Shown here one piece after another: positions 1-13,563 of a stretch of DNA of 64,000 nt. The position numbers were made by a program, and so were the translations under genes. The notes under the pieces were generated by a model that made no database searches, was not told the origin of the DNA, and was given only the letters and a program-made list of their open reading frames with translations. The stretch lies in NCBI GenBank assembly GCA_965113315.1, contig OZ220364.1. The stretch is one strand, 5' to 3'. Origin of the DNA: Podarcis vaucheri (taxonomy: Eukaryota). The first letter of the stretch is position 1; each line of letters starts with the position of its first letter.

Positions 1-264
1 CACTTTGGGTGCATTGATCCATAACCACTCTGATGAAATAATTATTCAGAACAGTACCTATGAGGACTGACAGGAGACTGGCTTGAAGAACCACACAAGA
101 TCTACATTTAAATGAGGGCTGTTGCCAAGCTCCCAGAACACTGCTCTTTGCTTGCATTTTCTTTCAATAACTACAGTTCCAACTATTTAATTTTCTCTAG
201 AATGACTAACGTTTAAAGTGGATTAGGTGCTTTTGCTGAAACTGTCTTGAATACATGGACAGTT

Positions 265-266
265 CA

Positions 267-328
<62 letters not shown>
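265..328. repeat. Compound microsatellite (CA)10(GA)22
   Basis: Read directly from the sequence. Confidence 0.98.
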
Positions 329-330
<2 letters not shown>

Positions 331-699
331 TTTCTGGCTGTACAGTTACTTATTTGCCCTTCTGTAGATGAAAGCAGTTGTGCAAACATCAAAGGAATTG
401 TTTGCTTTGTTGTTGGAATGGTGTGGGTTATGCTAGGGATGTAATGAGGTACATGTTTGGGCACCTTACATTTCCTTCCAATGCAGTTGTTCAACCAGTG
501 GGGATATTGTAGTGCTTGGCTATCAAAAGTTAACTTACTATCCTGCTCCTTGACTTGTCAACTGTCAGACTTTAACTCTGTCAGACTTGCTAGAGGTCAG
601 CTCAAAGTCTTGGTTATAAAATGCTCCCTTTATTAATGGTGGAAGGCTCAACAGAGAGTTTGCTACAAGATGGTGAATACATACGTTGGCATAATAAAA

Positions 700-785
700 A
701 TTTCCTTCCAGTAGCACCTTAGAGACCAACTAAGTTTGTTACTGGCATGAGCTTTCATGTGCATGCACACTTCTTCAGAAACATC
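700..785 (-). mobile_element. Penelope-like retroelement terminal fragment carrying a minimal hammerhead-like motif
   Basis: Minus strand reads tttCTGAAGAaGTGTGCATGCACAtGAAAgcTCatgcc...ttagttggtctctaaggtgctactggaagg, which resembles reptile Penelope pLTR ends as I recall them. Confidence 0.65.
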
Positions 786-988
786 TTCAGATATGTTGGC
801 ATGTAAGTGTTCAAAGAACTCTGCACTATTTTAGTCAATAACATTAGCAGCTTAGCCAATTGCATACAATTGTGATTTTAAATTGGCCAGTGGAAATCCA
901 GATTGTTGCAAGGAAAAATGGGGTGATTCTGTTCTTCCTCATTCCTGGAACATGGACACATGGCTAAAATCACCACAGTAATGTTGAG

Positions 989-1012
989 GGTTGGTTGGTT
1001 GGTTGGTTGGTT
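989..1012. repeat. (GGTT)6 microsatellite
   Basis: Read directly from the sequence. Confidence 0.95.
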
Positions 1013-2654
1013 ACATTCAATAGGTATATTATATGAAATAAATAAAATATTTCATACTTCACATTTAGAGAGAGGAGGACAGTTATAAGAACAGAGGTTA
1101 ATTACCTCTTGCATACATGCTACAACAGATAATAAAAACACAACACAGCACTAAGGTGTGTAGAAGGTGCTGTGCTATTCTTCTCAAAGTGAGACAACAA
1201 GGATTCTTTACCTAGTGTATTTGGCTGTTGTCTGATCTTTAAGTATAGGTGTACCTGAGAGTTCTAGGGAAATTATAGGAATTTAAGTGTCAGCTGAGTG
1301 ACACTTGGGCATCTCTACATTTCATATAAGTTTACAACTCCCCTCAAATTTGTAACCTGTACTTGGACAAATCAGGTATCCCCTTGTGCATATATTCTGA
1401 TAGAATATATGGAATGGACCCTACTGTCTTTTGACTCCTCAAAACTAGCTTCTTGTAAAAAAAATCAGGACTTCTACATAGAAATAATAGGAAATTGAGG
1501 GATAGTTTGTGGAAATGTTCTATGAAAAGAACAAACTATGGCTGGAGAAGACAATGGATTGGATCCAGACTTGGGCTGCAATCCTAACTTTACCTACTCA
1601 TCCTGTGTTGCACAATGAGCTTCCATTCTATGTGTATGTTGACTAAAATATATTAACAATGACTTCAACTTAGTTTTTTAATGACAAAAGCAATCCATTA
1701 AATAAATTAAATATTTGAATCCAGAAAATCAGTGCTAGGCCCCTTTAATAGTAAGGAAAAAGAATACTGTTATTAAGACTTTTTCAGGATTTACATAACC
1801 ATTCTTATTGGTGCATGTGGCTGCCCATTTGCAGGATAGATTCACACTTTAGGGAATGTGACGGCCTAGACATAAAATTATGGTAATGATACGCAAGTAA
1901 CAGTAGGTACTGCACCAGGTAGGAATTCTGACCTCCTCTGACATTTTGCTTTTTAATCTCCTCACCAGATGTCTACTTTATTATTAGCCCACTAGCTGAG
2001 GATCGATTTGCTTGCTCTGGATGCCTGTTTTGTTAGGAATCCTGACAGCCAACCCACCTCCCAGGGCAACACTTCCTGAAGCTGTTTATTTTTAAGTCAG
2101 AATAATTTCCATGTCTGTGTAGCTATAAACATTTTTTTTAAAAAAAAATCAACTGTTTTAAATGAAAACATAGTATCTATGTAGATTCCTAATCAACAAG
2201 CTACTAGTCACTTCTCTGGTTCCTGGGAGAGAAAATCATTAGGTGATGATTTCATCATATTAATGTTCTTTGCACTGTGTGGCCTCTGCAGCCAGCATAG
2301 GCTTATGTTGTTCTTCCTTACATGATTGTAACATAGACACAACTGCAAGCAAACACAGAGGTCAGGATCCACCTTCCTTTGTACAGCACAATTATTATGG
2401 ATATTTTGGGGCCTCAAAAGCAACTAAACCACTTAAAGGACACTTTCTGCGACATCTTTCAAAGTCAGAGCAGGCATACCCTTTCAGGACAACCACAAAT
2501 CTCTGAAGATATGTGCAAAAGCATTATCAGAATTGCCACTAATACATTTGTCTCCGAGACAGTGTCCATGCATAGCAGAACATACCTAGACATGAAGTGT
2601 GCAGAGACAGAGGGTTGTTCCATGTGTTTTCAGAAATAATTAATTAAAAAAAAA

Positions 2655-2692
2655 ATTATTTGTACCCCACTCATCTGACTGGGTTGCCCCAG
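2655..2692 (-). mobile_element. Short LINE (L2-like) 3' tail fragment
   Basis: Reverse complement ctggggcaacccagtcagatgagtggggtacaaataa matches the tail at 6139-6180. Confidence 0.6.
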
Positions 2693-4928
2693 AAATGAGT
2701 GATGTGTTGTAGATCACCCCTCTCTTTGAAATGTTTTACGGAAGAGAGTTGTGATTTCAGAAGCTGGAAACCTCAAGCTGCAGCCCCCTTCTGCCTTATT
2801 TTAATTTGCCTTGATTTGAATGCAACCATGTCCCTACTGTTTGCATGTCCTGTCTTTGGGTACAGCATCGGAATCGTGCTTGCTTAGGAGCTGCTCTTCA
2901 AAGTGCCCTGCCAGCAGAAGCTTCATTCATTTCAATTTAGAAGGAACAGCAGGGTAGAGAGATTCTTTGTTCTTTCCATGGAGTTCTTTCCATTGCAGCT
3001 CACAAGGGAGCTGCGTTTTCTCCTCATTTGCACACACTCATTGCCTTTCTGTCAGGTTTTCAGAAAATTGCAGGGAGGATCCATTGGGACACCTCTAAAT
3101 GCTGCCATCCCCATGATGCCCCAGAACACCTCATTTTCCTTTTGAAGTCTGTCTCTGTTTTCACATTTCAGAGTAATTCGCTGTATGACAACATTCTACT
3201 TTAATGAAGCCCTGGTGGTAGGAGACATGATAACATTCAGCAGGGAACATACAAATAAAAGCATAGAGGACGCACATAATATAAAATCAAAATCAGCTGG
3301 GCATGCAAAAAAGCTAATGGAGGAGAAAAACGGTTTTTGTAAGCATATGCTGACTTGCAACTGCCTCTTTTCATCTTGCTGGAGCCAAGTAGAATTAGAT
3401 TTATGTCAGTTCAGCAAAGATCCCTTCTGGACAGCAAATTGGGGAGGGGGGAAATACACACGTGTGTTGATTCTCATCTTAGTTGGCCACTTACATGTTG
3501 GATTCTTAAGACCTATTCCCAATTACACAGCTTCTGATCTGTAATACACATCTGCCTCCTTTCTAGTTAAGTATGATACCTTTATTCAGACTGTTCCAAG
3601 TTCTGAGTGATATTTCAACTAAATCACAAAGCAGGAAATTACTTAAAAATTACAATAATTCAGTATCCATAACCACATAGATCCTGAGACAATTACTAAT
3701 GAGTCTAAGGAAAGAGAATAAGCATATGTAAAAGGGTGAGACTTTCAGGTTCCTTTAATTACCACATATATTATTAGAGAGAAATGAGTCTTTGTATATC
3801 TATATCTATGTAATGCTGCATCACAATAAAAAGGGCATTTATCTTCACTGCATTCTTATTGACGAATGCACCTGCATTTAGGGGGGTGGGGTTTGTTCAA
3901 ATAGTTACATATAACATTTGCTTCCAAGTTCTGTTTGCAGTCCTCCACATATTAACAAATAGCTTGGAAGCTGAGCTTTGAACAGCTAATCCTCTCTTAT
4001 TCCAGTACTTAAGTTAAGCCAGCAATGCACAGACAACCTGTGACATTCCAGATACTATTGGATTCCAACTCATCCGAGCCCCATCCAGCATGGCCAATAG
4101 TTAGAAGTTGCCCACCCCTGCTTTAACTTTTGCTGTTTTATCTAGCAGTCCTCTTCCCTAATCCCAGATCTGTGGGAAGTTGGGAGCTGGCTGTCCTAAG
4201 GGAATGGTGCTGTGTGTGCTTTCCTGCTAGAGTGCAGGCTTATAGACCAATGCTTGGATCCAAGGCCATCTACTGAGGTCTAGCTGTGTAAATCAAGCCC
4301 ATTCTTCTGGATGGAAATGCACCTAATAGGATTGGTAAACTCTGCTATATTCCAGTATATCCCTATAAAAGTAGTGTGACAGTGTTTAAGGAAATGTTGG
4401 GGACTCCAACAGGGTTGCTGGTTCCAGTCTCAAGACAGATGGTTTACTTTATATTCCCTGATGAAGTGGGGAGCTCAACTGATTCAGATTTGTCTATTCC
4501 TTTTTCATTGGTCCTTTCCTGAAGCCCATTGTTATTTCAAGCTGAGTAGAGAATAACCAAAAGGCCTGGGACAAATGGCCTTGGCAAGCAAGCAGTTGTA
4601 TTTGGTGCCTTTTAAATTTGGTGCCTGTGAAAGAACAAAGCTTTGATGAAATGGACTGACTGTATGGGCCTTGCTTTTAGATGGACTATTATTGTGTATG
4701 ATGTGGAAATGCAAATATTTCTTGCCTGTTCATTTGAGGATTATAGGGCTAACTTGCTATACCTAATTTACCCTGCGACTCAGATGAGAAAACAGTAGAA
4801 CTCCATTGTGTGAAGGATTGCGGGCACATTTATTGTCTGAGGGGTTCCATGACTTCTTGTTGCCCGCTGGGTGAAACTTATGATTGGCAGGAGGCAGGTG
4901 GGCAAATGCTCTATTAATAGGTAGCCAG

Positions 4929-4937
4929 GGTTGGTTG

Positions 4938-4974
<37 letters not shown>
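4929..4974. repeat. (GGTT)3(AGTT)8 compound microsatellite
   Basis: Read directly from the sequence. Confidence 0.95.
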
Positions 4975-5490
4975 AGGATTAGTTCACTCAAGAGACAAAA
5001 AAAGGATTATGTGGGCTCAGAGAGAGTGGAGCAAATTATATGTACCAGGATTGGAGGACAAGATTCTACTCTAGGATATGCAATTATAAAGATGGAGAAA
5101 TAATGATGCTTAACTCTTGTGTGTTCTTTTTCCCCGTTGGGAAATACTTTCTGTCCCTTTAACACAAATTTTTCATAAGCCAGTTATCTTTTCTTATTTT
5201 AACACCTCCATGCGTAGAAACCATAAACTACACCACCTTGAGAGGCCTAAGGGAAGTTTATAGGTTGATTTAAAAGGGGCAAGAGTGGGCTAACCAGAGA
5301 GGTGTACTACCTTTCCTCTGATGGCAGGGGCCCCAGAATGGCTGTGAGGTGGCTGTCACAGTACCAAATGCAAGTTCTGCTGGGATTGGTTCCACTAGGC
5401 AGCTCCCAGTTGGAGCTCCTTTATGTGTGTGTGAGGGAGAGTCAAGTTCCCAGGGTGGAGATGCTGTTAGATCCACCCCTTACTCTAGAT

Positions 5491-5626
5491 CAGGCATAGG
5501 CAAAGTCGGCTGTCCAGATGTTTTGGGACTACAACTCCCATCATCCCTAGCTAACAGGACCAGTAGTCAGGGATGATGGGAATTGTAGTCTCAAAACATC
5601 TGGAGGGCCGACTTTGCCTATGGCTT
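5491..5626. mobile_element. hAT-type palindromic MITE (136 bp)
   Basis: Long inverted repeat caggcataggcaaagtcggc...gccgactttgcctatggctt. 8-bp TSD ctctagat (5483-5490) / ctctacat (5627-5634). Confidence 0.85.
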
Positions 5627-5879
5627 CTCTACATCATAGGTCTTCAGTGAGTGGGTCATGGCCTGATCTATGGTGGGTCACAACTGCAGTGCTACAACCA
5701 AACCAATATATTGCTAAAAACCTTAGTGAGTCCTCAAATGCATGCTTGGGCTGAAAGTTGATCCTGGGTCTCAAAAAGCTGAATATTGCTGCTCTAGATG
5801 CCACCTGTGGCACAAAGTGCCTTTTCCCAGCTTACGGTAGTACATCAGCTATTATCACTTTTGAAAAAAGAAAACCTGA

Positions 5880-6178
5880 CCACTATTATCTGCACCCTGT
5901 TCAAATCCAGATTAAACTACTACAGTGCATTCATGCCCTGAGGTGCCTTTGAAATTGGCTCAGAATGTGGCAGCTAGATGGTTGGCAGGTGCTGGTAGCC
6001 AGTTAGAAACCACAACACTAGTTTTAAAAGAGCTGCGCTGGCTTCCTATCCTGAGCTCAGCTCAGAATGTTTAGGGAAGCTTTTAATGTTTGATGTATTA
6101 TAGTATTTTAATATTTTTTTGGAAGCCGCCCAGAGTTGCTGGGGAAGCCCAGCCAGATGGGCGGGGTATAAATAATAA

Positions 6179-6256
<78 letters not shown>

Positions 6257-6480
6257 TGAATAGCCCTATATAGCTTGGAACCCAGATTTCTAAAGGCCCA
6301 TATGCCCATCTTTGAATAACATTCTCCAGAACCGCCGCCCCCCCTCTCTTTGTTTGAGGTGACAACTAGGGTGGTGACTTGAATAAAAGGCCTTTTTAGT
6401 GGTAGCAACTCAGCTCTACAATGCCCTCTCCAAGGTTTCTATCCAAACACCTAGCTTCATCAATCTGAGGCACCAGGTTA
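5880..6480 (+). mobile_element. Old L2-like LINE ORF2 3' remnant, interrupted by a younger LINE 3' tail (~6060-6256)
   Basis: Degenerate coding for L2 RT C-terminal motifs (QNVAARWLAG, VLKELRWLP, AFLVVATQLYNAL). The inner tail ggaagccgcccagagttgctggggaagcccagccagatgggcggggtataaataataa ends in (ATT)n. Confidence 0.7.
6179..6256. repeat. (ATT)14(ATC)12 compound microsatellite at LINE tail
   Basis: Read directly. It explains the poly-M/poly-I run in ORF 6046..6408. Confidence 0.97.
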
Positions 6481-7561
6481 AATTTAAAATAGTATGCAAA
6501 TGTGGATTTTCATGCCAGTTGTTTTAAATGCACATTAATGCGGAAATGTAATGGAAGAGATTTATGAATGAACACAGGGGAAAGTGATACAGATTGGAAA
6601 TAAGATGATTCATCCCTTCCAGCTTGATCCAGTTTTCATGCTAATTTATTTAGATTTATATGTTAAGCATTGTGGTCATGAAATAAAATTACTTTGAAAT
6701 TAAGTATGTCAATCCTCACATTAAAAAAACAACATCCTGTCTTTTCTATCTCAGTTTTCCATCTTTCATTTATTTTCCTTTCTTGGCAAGTTGATTCAGT
6801 CTTTGCCTATTATTTTTTCCTGTGGTTTTTAAAATGATGCATGCACACCACATACACATCTTAAAGGATCGGCAGATGACATGGATCTTCTCAATATGCA
6901 ATGGGCTACAAGCCAATGCAGCTAACCCACGAGTAAAGCATTATAATGCCATACGCATGATTACACATATTATACTAAGTAAACAGCTCAGATTAAAATA
7001 AATGATTTGGCTCCGTACAAGTACAGTTGATAATTTCATATTTGCTTACCTTTTTGCTAAGTAAATAAATAAGAAGCACATCACAAGGAGACTTACTTCA
7101 TTTCCCATGGGTAGGTAATGAAAGAAACAAATTATGAAAACATCTAATTTTTAAAGGAATTAAAATAAAAACAATAACCAGCTGGGATCTAATTAATTTC
7201 ATATGTCAAACATATTTGAGTAGAGCTGCATGAGTTTCATTCTGCAGTTTTATTCTTATGAGCTGCCACAGAATTCATAATTGGTTACATTGAATGAAAA
7301 ACATTGAATGAAACCACAGCAGTGTGGTTTTTTTCACTGAGCCATACATGCAGAAAGGTCCCACTAAAATTCAGAAGTCTAGCTGAGAGGGCAGAAATGA
7401 GGGCAGAGAGAGTTTCTTGTGTTTCTCCTTCCTTTTCTGTTTTGTTTTGTGTTTCCAGTGGAAGGGAAATAAACTACAACAATTCCAGGGCTGAGTTAGC
7501 ATAGGTTTCTCCTTGGATTGAGAAGGCTTTGGATCCAAGTCCTCCTCCTCATCCATCCCAC

Positions 7562-7903
7562 CAGATCCTCCAAGTGTCCCTATTTTCCAGGGGTGTCCAA
7601 TTTAGAGAAGCTGTCCTGGTTTCTGATTTGATCCCAGAATGTCCCACTTTTCCTTAGGATGTCCCTATTTTCACTGGAGAAATTTTGACGGGTATGGCAT
7701 TATTCAACCCCTGAGCCGTCTGAAGGCAATCCTGTATCGGGAAGTTTTTTAAATGTTTAACATTTTATTATGTTTTTATATGTGTTGGAAGGTGCCCAGA
7801 GTAGCTGGGGCAACCTAGTGATATGGGGAGGGGGTATAAATAGTAAAATGGGATTGTGGAATGGGAAGTCCCTATTTCCATCGGAGAAATGTTGGAGGGT
7901 ATG
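7562..7903. mobile_element. Composite non-autonomous DNA element with internal LINE tail
   Basis: Imperfect TIR cagatcctccaa / ttggagggtatg. The 36-bp right end occurs twice (7661-7696 and 7868-7903), with an L2-like tail at ~7735-7845 between the copies. Confidence 0.6.
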
Positions 7904-10900
7904 CAGCACGTCCCTTTTCCCAGGCCTACCAACTCTGCTACTCTGATATCATTGGGGCTGCAAAGGTTTCTGCAGTGGTGGGGAGGGGAAAATCTGACAT
8001 CAGTTCTCATTTGGAAGAGAGAGATCTGATGCTTCCTATGGAAGTTCATTACTTTCCTAACCAGTGGTGAAAACAAGAAAATAAAAAAAAATAGGATGTG
8101 ATGCAGAGAATCTAATATTGTCAACATTATTATCTCCATAGTCAGCCTGTGCTTACTTTCAACCAGTTCAGACTGTGCCTAGCCATTGTAAGCACCACAC
8201 TCTTAGGATAATTTTTTCACTGCTTATTCCCAAACAAAGACCATGTCCATTTGCCCTCAATGCAAACTTCACCCATTTCAGGCTAAGCTGGGTGAGCTGG
8301 CTTTGATTCACAATGAAGAATACTGATTTGCCACAACATCACCTGGCAAGCTACCGTACTTGGAAGGCTACAAACAGAACAAAGAATCTCAACCCGTATT
8401 TTTCCACTAAATTAGTTCTGTTTCTGTTCTCCTTAATGTACAGGCAGATTGTTTTCATGGTCATTAGGATTACTTCAACTCTCCAAGGAAATCACTCTTA
8501 TTGTATAGATTGCTGCAGAGTATTCATGTTAAGCTTTCGTTTCTTTTAAAGAAGCAGCCATTTCCCTGAGAAGCCCTACTTATGTGTAAAGCTTAAAATA
8601 TTTTTTCAGTTAAATGTGACATTTACCATTATCTTAATCTCGGAAAGACTGGCAGGAGGGGAGTTGGGTGGCTTCTCTTGGCCTTGCTTTTCTGTCTATG
8701 CATTGATCCAAGGTTGTATGCAAGTGGGAAAGACTTGCGCCATACGAAGTGGGAATGTGAATTTTGCAGCATCCATGATCACATGCACAGAAACCACATA
8801 TGATGGTCAGATAAATGTGATAACTGAGAGCAGTGAAAGGCACTGGGTTTTGTTAAGACATTATGACATTCTTCCTGTAATGTTAGATGAACTGCAACAG
8901 CCCATGGACACATGCAAGTAATTGCATAATGTTGCAATCATTGGGCATCACATTTGCCTACTTCCCATTGGCACCAGTTGTATCTGTATACTCCTAACTT
9001 CCTTATGGTTTGAATTTTTGTACACCACAAGCTTTGCCCCAATCTTATGAAGTGCATCTTCTTTTTCCTCCCCATGTTGAGGCAAATGGGGCCCTGCTTT
9101 GGATGAGAAAAAAGTGGTATTACATTTGAAAAGGCAGTAAAGAATGAAGGGAGAGAGGGTGGTTGGAATATGTGTGGGATCTGCATTGGCATAGGAATAA
9201 AAGGGGTCACTAGTGGAAGGAAAGATGGGGAATGAATTCAGTTCAGCTAGCATTTAAAGGTGACCCTGCAACATTTGCATTTTCCAAAATGGCAAACTGA
9301 AGCACAGACTTCCTTCAACATTCTCGCAATTCTGCAATGTTCTTGCTGCAGCTATCCTGTTTTTGCAGTGAAAATGACTGCTAAAACAAAACAAAAAACC
9401 CCAAACACTGCTTTCTTTATCCATTGCCAAAATCACAGGAGTCCTGACAGAATAAAAGGTAACCAATTAATTGGCAACAACAACAGCAACAAATAAAAAA
9501 CCTCATATTTTCTCACTAGAATAAATTTTGCAACTTGTCAGTGAGGAGAACTTGTAGCATCACTACACTACCATGCTAGAGAAAGCTACACAGAATTGCA
9601 GCCTGTTGTGCAGCTGTTGAAAGCAGAAGCACCATGCCAGAAAGGGAGAAACATCTGGCAAAGCATTACAGGTGGTGTACAATAGAGAAGTATAATCTTC
9701 CTGCCCAGTATGCTAAAATAGTTTGCATCAGTCTCTGATTAGCTTCCAGATTTCTGGGCATCTGAGTAAGCTGAACTGCCAAAACTTTCCAGGTTCTCAC
9801 AGAATTAATTAACACTTGCATAGAAGCATCTGACAAGAACTAGGAAAGTAGGCTATGGCACTGTGCTTCTCTCTGTGCATCTTTGAACGGCAGCCCTCTG
9901 TCTTTGTGCTATTTTATCTCTGAGCTTTGTTCTTTAAAAACCCTGTTTTATGTAAGCTCCACATCAGAATGTGTTTCCTCTGTTCGGCTGCTTTGGCAGG
10001 TCCTGCATTCATCTCACAGCTATTACTACGCATCTTGTTGTCTCCAGCTTTATTTGCAGCACCAGGTGTAAATAAGTGACAGGAGGATCAGAGGTGGTTA
10101 TCAGGACAGGCACTGTGCTTCTAGAAAGCTGGCCATTAAAACACCCAGAACATTGTGTATGATAACACTGGGGAACCACTTTGACATGAAATGTTTGTAT
10201 CTAGAAAAATGTAGTTTCCCCAGCATTGAAGAATTAACAGCCTTTTTCTTCTTCCCTCTACAGGCAGTGGGGGATGGGGACAGGGACAGAGAACGTCAGT
10301 GTAAATACGCACATTTATTTTCATAAAAGAGCTACTTGCTTGGTTTTATGAAATGTCAGCAGTGAATATTAGGAAACCTGTTTCTAAAGTGCGTTCCCAG
10401 CTTCCCAACTGACTTTAAGTGGAATTTCTACTAGTACTAACAGGGGGAAAATATCGGAGTACAATCACATGTGCATGCACCCACCCACCACTGTGAGCAT
10501 AACTCCCCATTTTCCTTCCCCCTTGCCTCCCCCAAACCACAGATTCCTAAGGGAAGACATTATTCCACAATTTCAAATGCAAGTCCAATGGATGCTGCTG
10601 TAGTTGATGTTCTGTCGAGTATGTGATGAAAGGGTACCATGTATCTATAAAATCACCCCAATCTCTCTTTCCAGCTAAGGCTTTAATTTTCTTGGTCATT
10701 TATATATTTTTTCTGAAGGTAATCCAAACTTTCGTTTCCACTGTGACATTTGCAAGTGTTCTAATTTTGGGCAACAAGTTGTCAAACTGCTACTTAAAGA
10801 AAAGCAATCAATTATTTGTATCTCAGCTTGACATTTTCATTTTTAAAGATTGTTACCAGTACTAAAGGTGGGGTGCAAATAACATTTGTTTTGTGATCAA

Positions 10901-11390
10901 ACTTATTTCACCAACAGCATTTTTCCAAAATGGCTGCAATTTGCTGCAGGCCCATGGCATATGTCTATGTTCCAATCTCTTTACAGCCTCTCCAGCAAAG
11001 AGCAGAAATAGCTTCATTAATATGACTGCACCTCAAAGGTGTTAAATACCATCTGTGTAGCAGCTTAAGAGTATTCTGTTTTGTGAGCCTGGGCACTGAA
11101 TTTAAGGGCTTTTTGCCCCACAGGCTCTGCCAATCTACCTCCTCAATTACTGTATCTAGATCAGATTACCAAGTATGATTCATCAAATTTGTTTGTCCTA
11201 ATCGTATATCACTAATGATTTTATAAATTATTGATTATGCACGTTTAGATTCTGTGTTAGTAGTTAGATTTTCAAATTGTGTTAGAGTTCTGGATGCATG
11301 CACGATAACTGTTGGATATGCTAGAAAGTGTACCAGCCTTGGGCTTACAGGCTCCCTCTTCCACTTTCCCTTTCCTTTCACATACCAATA

Positions 11391-11616
11391 CAGTGGTACC
11401 TCAGGTTACATATGCTTCAGGTTACAAACTCCGCTAACCCAGAAATAGTGCTTCAGGTTAAGAACTTTGCTTCAGGATGAGAACAGAAATTGTGCTCCGG
11501 CGGCGCAGCAGCAGCAGGAGGTCCCATTAGCTAAAGCGATGCCTCAGGTTAAGAACAGTTTCAGGTTAAGAACGGACCTCCGGAACGAATCAAGTACTTA
11601 ATCCGAAGTTCCACTG
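11391..11616 (-). mobile_element. Tc1/mariner/pogo (Tigger-like) MITE, family A
   Basis: TA|CAGTGGTACCTC start, degenerate ...ccactg end and internal cttcaggttaag repeats. Reverse-orientation homolog of 60170 and 61625. Confidence 0.85.
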
Positions 11617-13563
11617 GATTTCTACACTTCCTGACAAGCCATAATTTGCTCTCTCGTTGAAACTTGAGAGGGGGGAGTTTGAACAAACCAGAGTTTGCCC
11701 ATGAGAACCAGGAAGTACAAAAATTGTGGTGCATGGGGGGAGGGGAGAAATTACCTCTAAGTGTTTTCAGCAGCCCAGAGTTTTTCCAAAGGGCTTCAAC
11801 AAGTAAAACTGATGAGAAATGGGAAGTACTTTTTCATTATCAGCAGTTCAGCTTTTGGGAGGAAAGACTACTTCATGTCCTCAGATAATTCATTAATTAA
11901 GGTATTTTGCTCCTACGTGAAAGCAAACCAAGGAAGAGGAAGAATATAATAAATAAAATATAAGGTTGCATATGTTTCTGATAATAAAGAATAGAATGAT
12001 GAATAATACATAGCCTTTTTGGTAATAAAAAAAGCATTCTTGTTAAAATTGCATTTCCCTTCACTATAATTTGCCAATTTTACATGCTTATGTCTTTGGT
12101 TAAGAAAAGAAAAAACCTTTGCAGAACTTTGAGATCATGTAAGAACAGCAAGTCTTAATTTCTTATTCAGTAGATTTTGTAGAGCCCAGTTTATTTGCTG
12201 GTGACTTGAGAATGAGTGTGAAAGTTACCATGATCTAGTGAATAGAGCTGACCTAACCAATGTAAGAGCCACCATAACCTGAATGTAGTCCACCAACCAT
12301 ATATAGTGGCCAACCAAGATGCCTGGACTTCCCCCACCAATTGTTTTTGGAGTCCCAGGCAGGTCACAGGTAGCAAAACACAGTTGTTTATTGTACCATG
12401 TAAAGAAATTGGTTTTTTGGCTGCTGAGCATATTTCACAAATGAAGTCTATGTTCTCTTGCCTTCTGATATGATCTTCAGTTGTATTGGTTCATGCAATT
12501 GATTTTGCCTTTGCCTTTGATACACTGTCCTTCTGTTGGCCATCCCTGTCGTTTGTCATGCTCTTTTTTCTTCTCACGGTTTTAAACTCTAAGGTCGTTG
12601 CAGCAAAAAAAAGAACCTGTCGTGTCACTTAGCTTTATAAAGCAGAGTGACATTCATGTGACTCTATCAGAGATAGTTGGAGGGGCTGTATTAAAATATG
12701 CAGTGAATGGGGATTCTCTGCTGTGGATTATTCTGTAAAGCATGTCCTATGCTACTAGAGAAAAACCTTCTTTTGTATCTGAAGAAAAGTTATTTAAATT
12801 TTAGAATGAGTTTATGACAAGAATGATAAAATGGCTTCAATCTGTGAATTCAAACACTGAAGATAATGCAAAGCTGGAACATTCTTTGTGTCAGGAAGCA
12901 CTGTCTAATCCCCCCCCCCCGCTAATAAATACTGGATTCTACTGGGCACTAATCTCTTGGCAGAAATTTATGAGAAAAAATTAGATGTTTCCCAATAAAA
13001 ATTTATAATGGAAGCAAGCAGTGTATGCTTTCATCCAGGTAAGATGAAGAAGCAGAGACACCCTTAAGAGGTTGCAAAGTCTTATTTGTTGTCAAATTGG
13101 AGAACATGACAGCTTCCATTAAAAGAAAGATTTCCTATTGCCATGACAATAGCTTTAAACTAAACCAAACAAGGGATATAAATTATTTTCAGGGTCTTGT
13201 TCTAATAGCAATGCTAGATGGCTTTCTTTTTTCCTATTGCTGTTTGATTGATGTTCTTTCTCAGAAGACCTAAAAGGTGACAACCAAAAAATTCCCACAC
13301 ATCTTGTGAGATGGATTTTTGTCTGGATTGTAAACCATAAATTGTCTCCCACTTAGGCAATATTCAAGTATAATAATAAATCTTGTCTTGCTGCCTTGAA
13401 TTTTCTTGATAAACCCTTCGACCTGCTACTCCTTGTCTCTTTGAAATCTAAACGTCTTTGAATCAAAGTTTATTCTTCAAGAAACAGAAGAACAATAATC
13501 ATCTTCTGTTAGGACATGTGTAGCATGTTCTCACTAATTTAATTGTTGTCATTTTCTTAACAG

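Noticed and set aside
4455-4490. CTGATGA as a second hammerhead core
   Set aside because: No stem II followed by GAAA downstream.
6046-6408. ORF with poly-Met/poly-Ile
   Set aside because: Translation of the (ATT)n(ATC)n microsatellite.
1-13563. Upstream SPOCK1 exon (Kazal/follistatin region)
   Set aside because: I did not find a segment encoding the expected CKLEFHAC-like sequence by eye. It probably lies upstream of the window; a TBLASTN would confirm.
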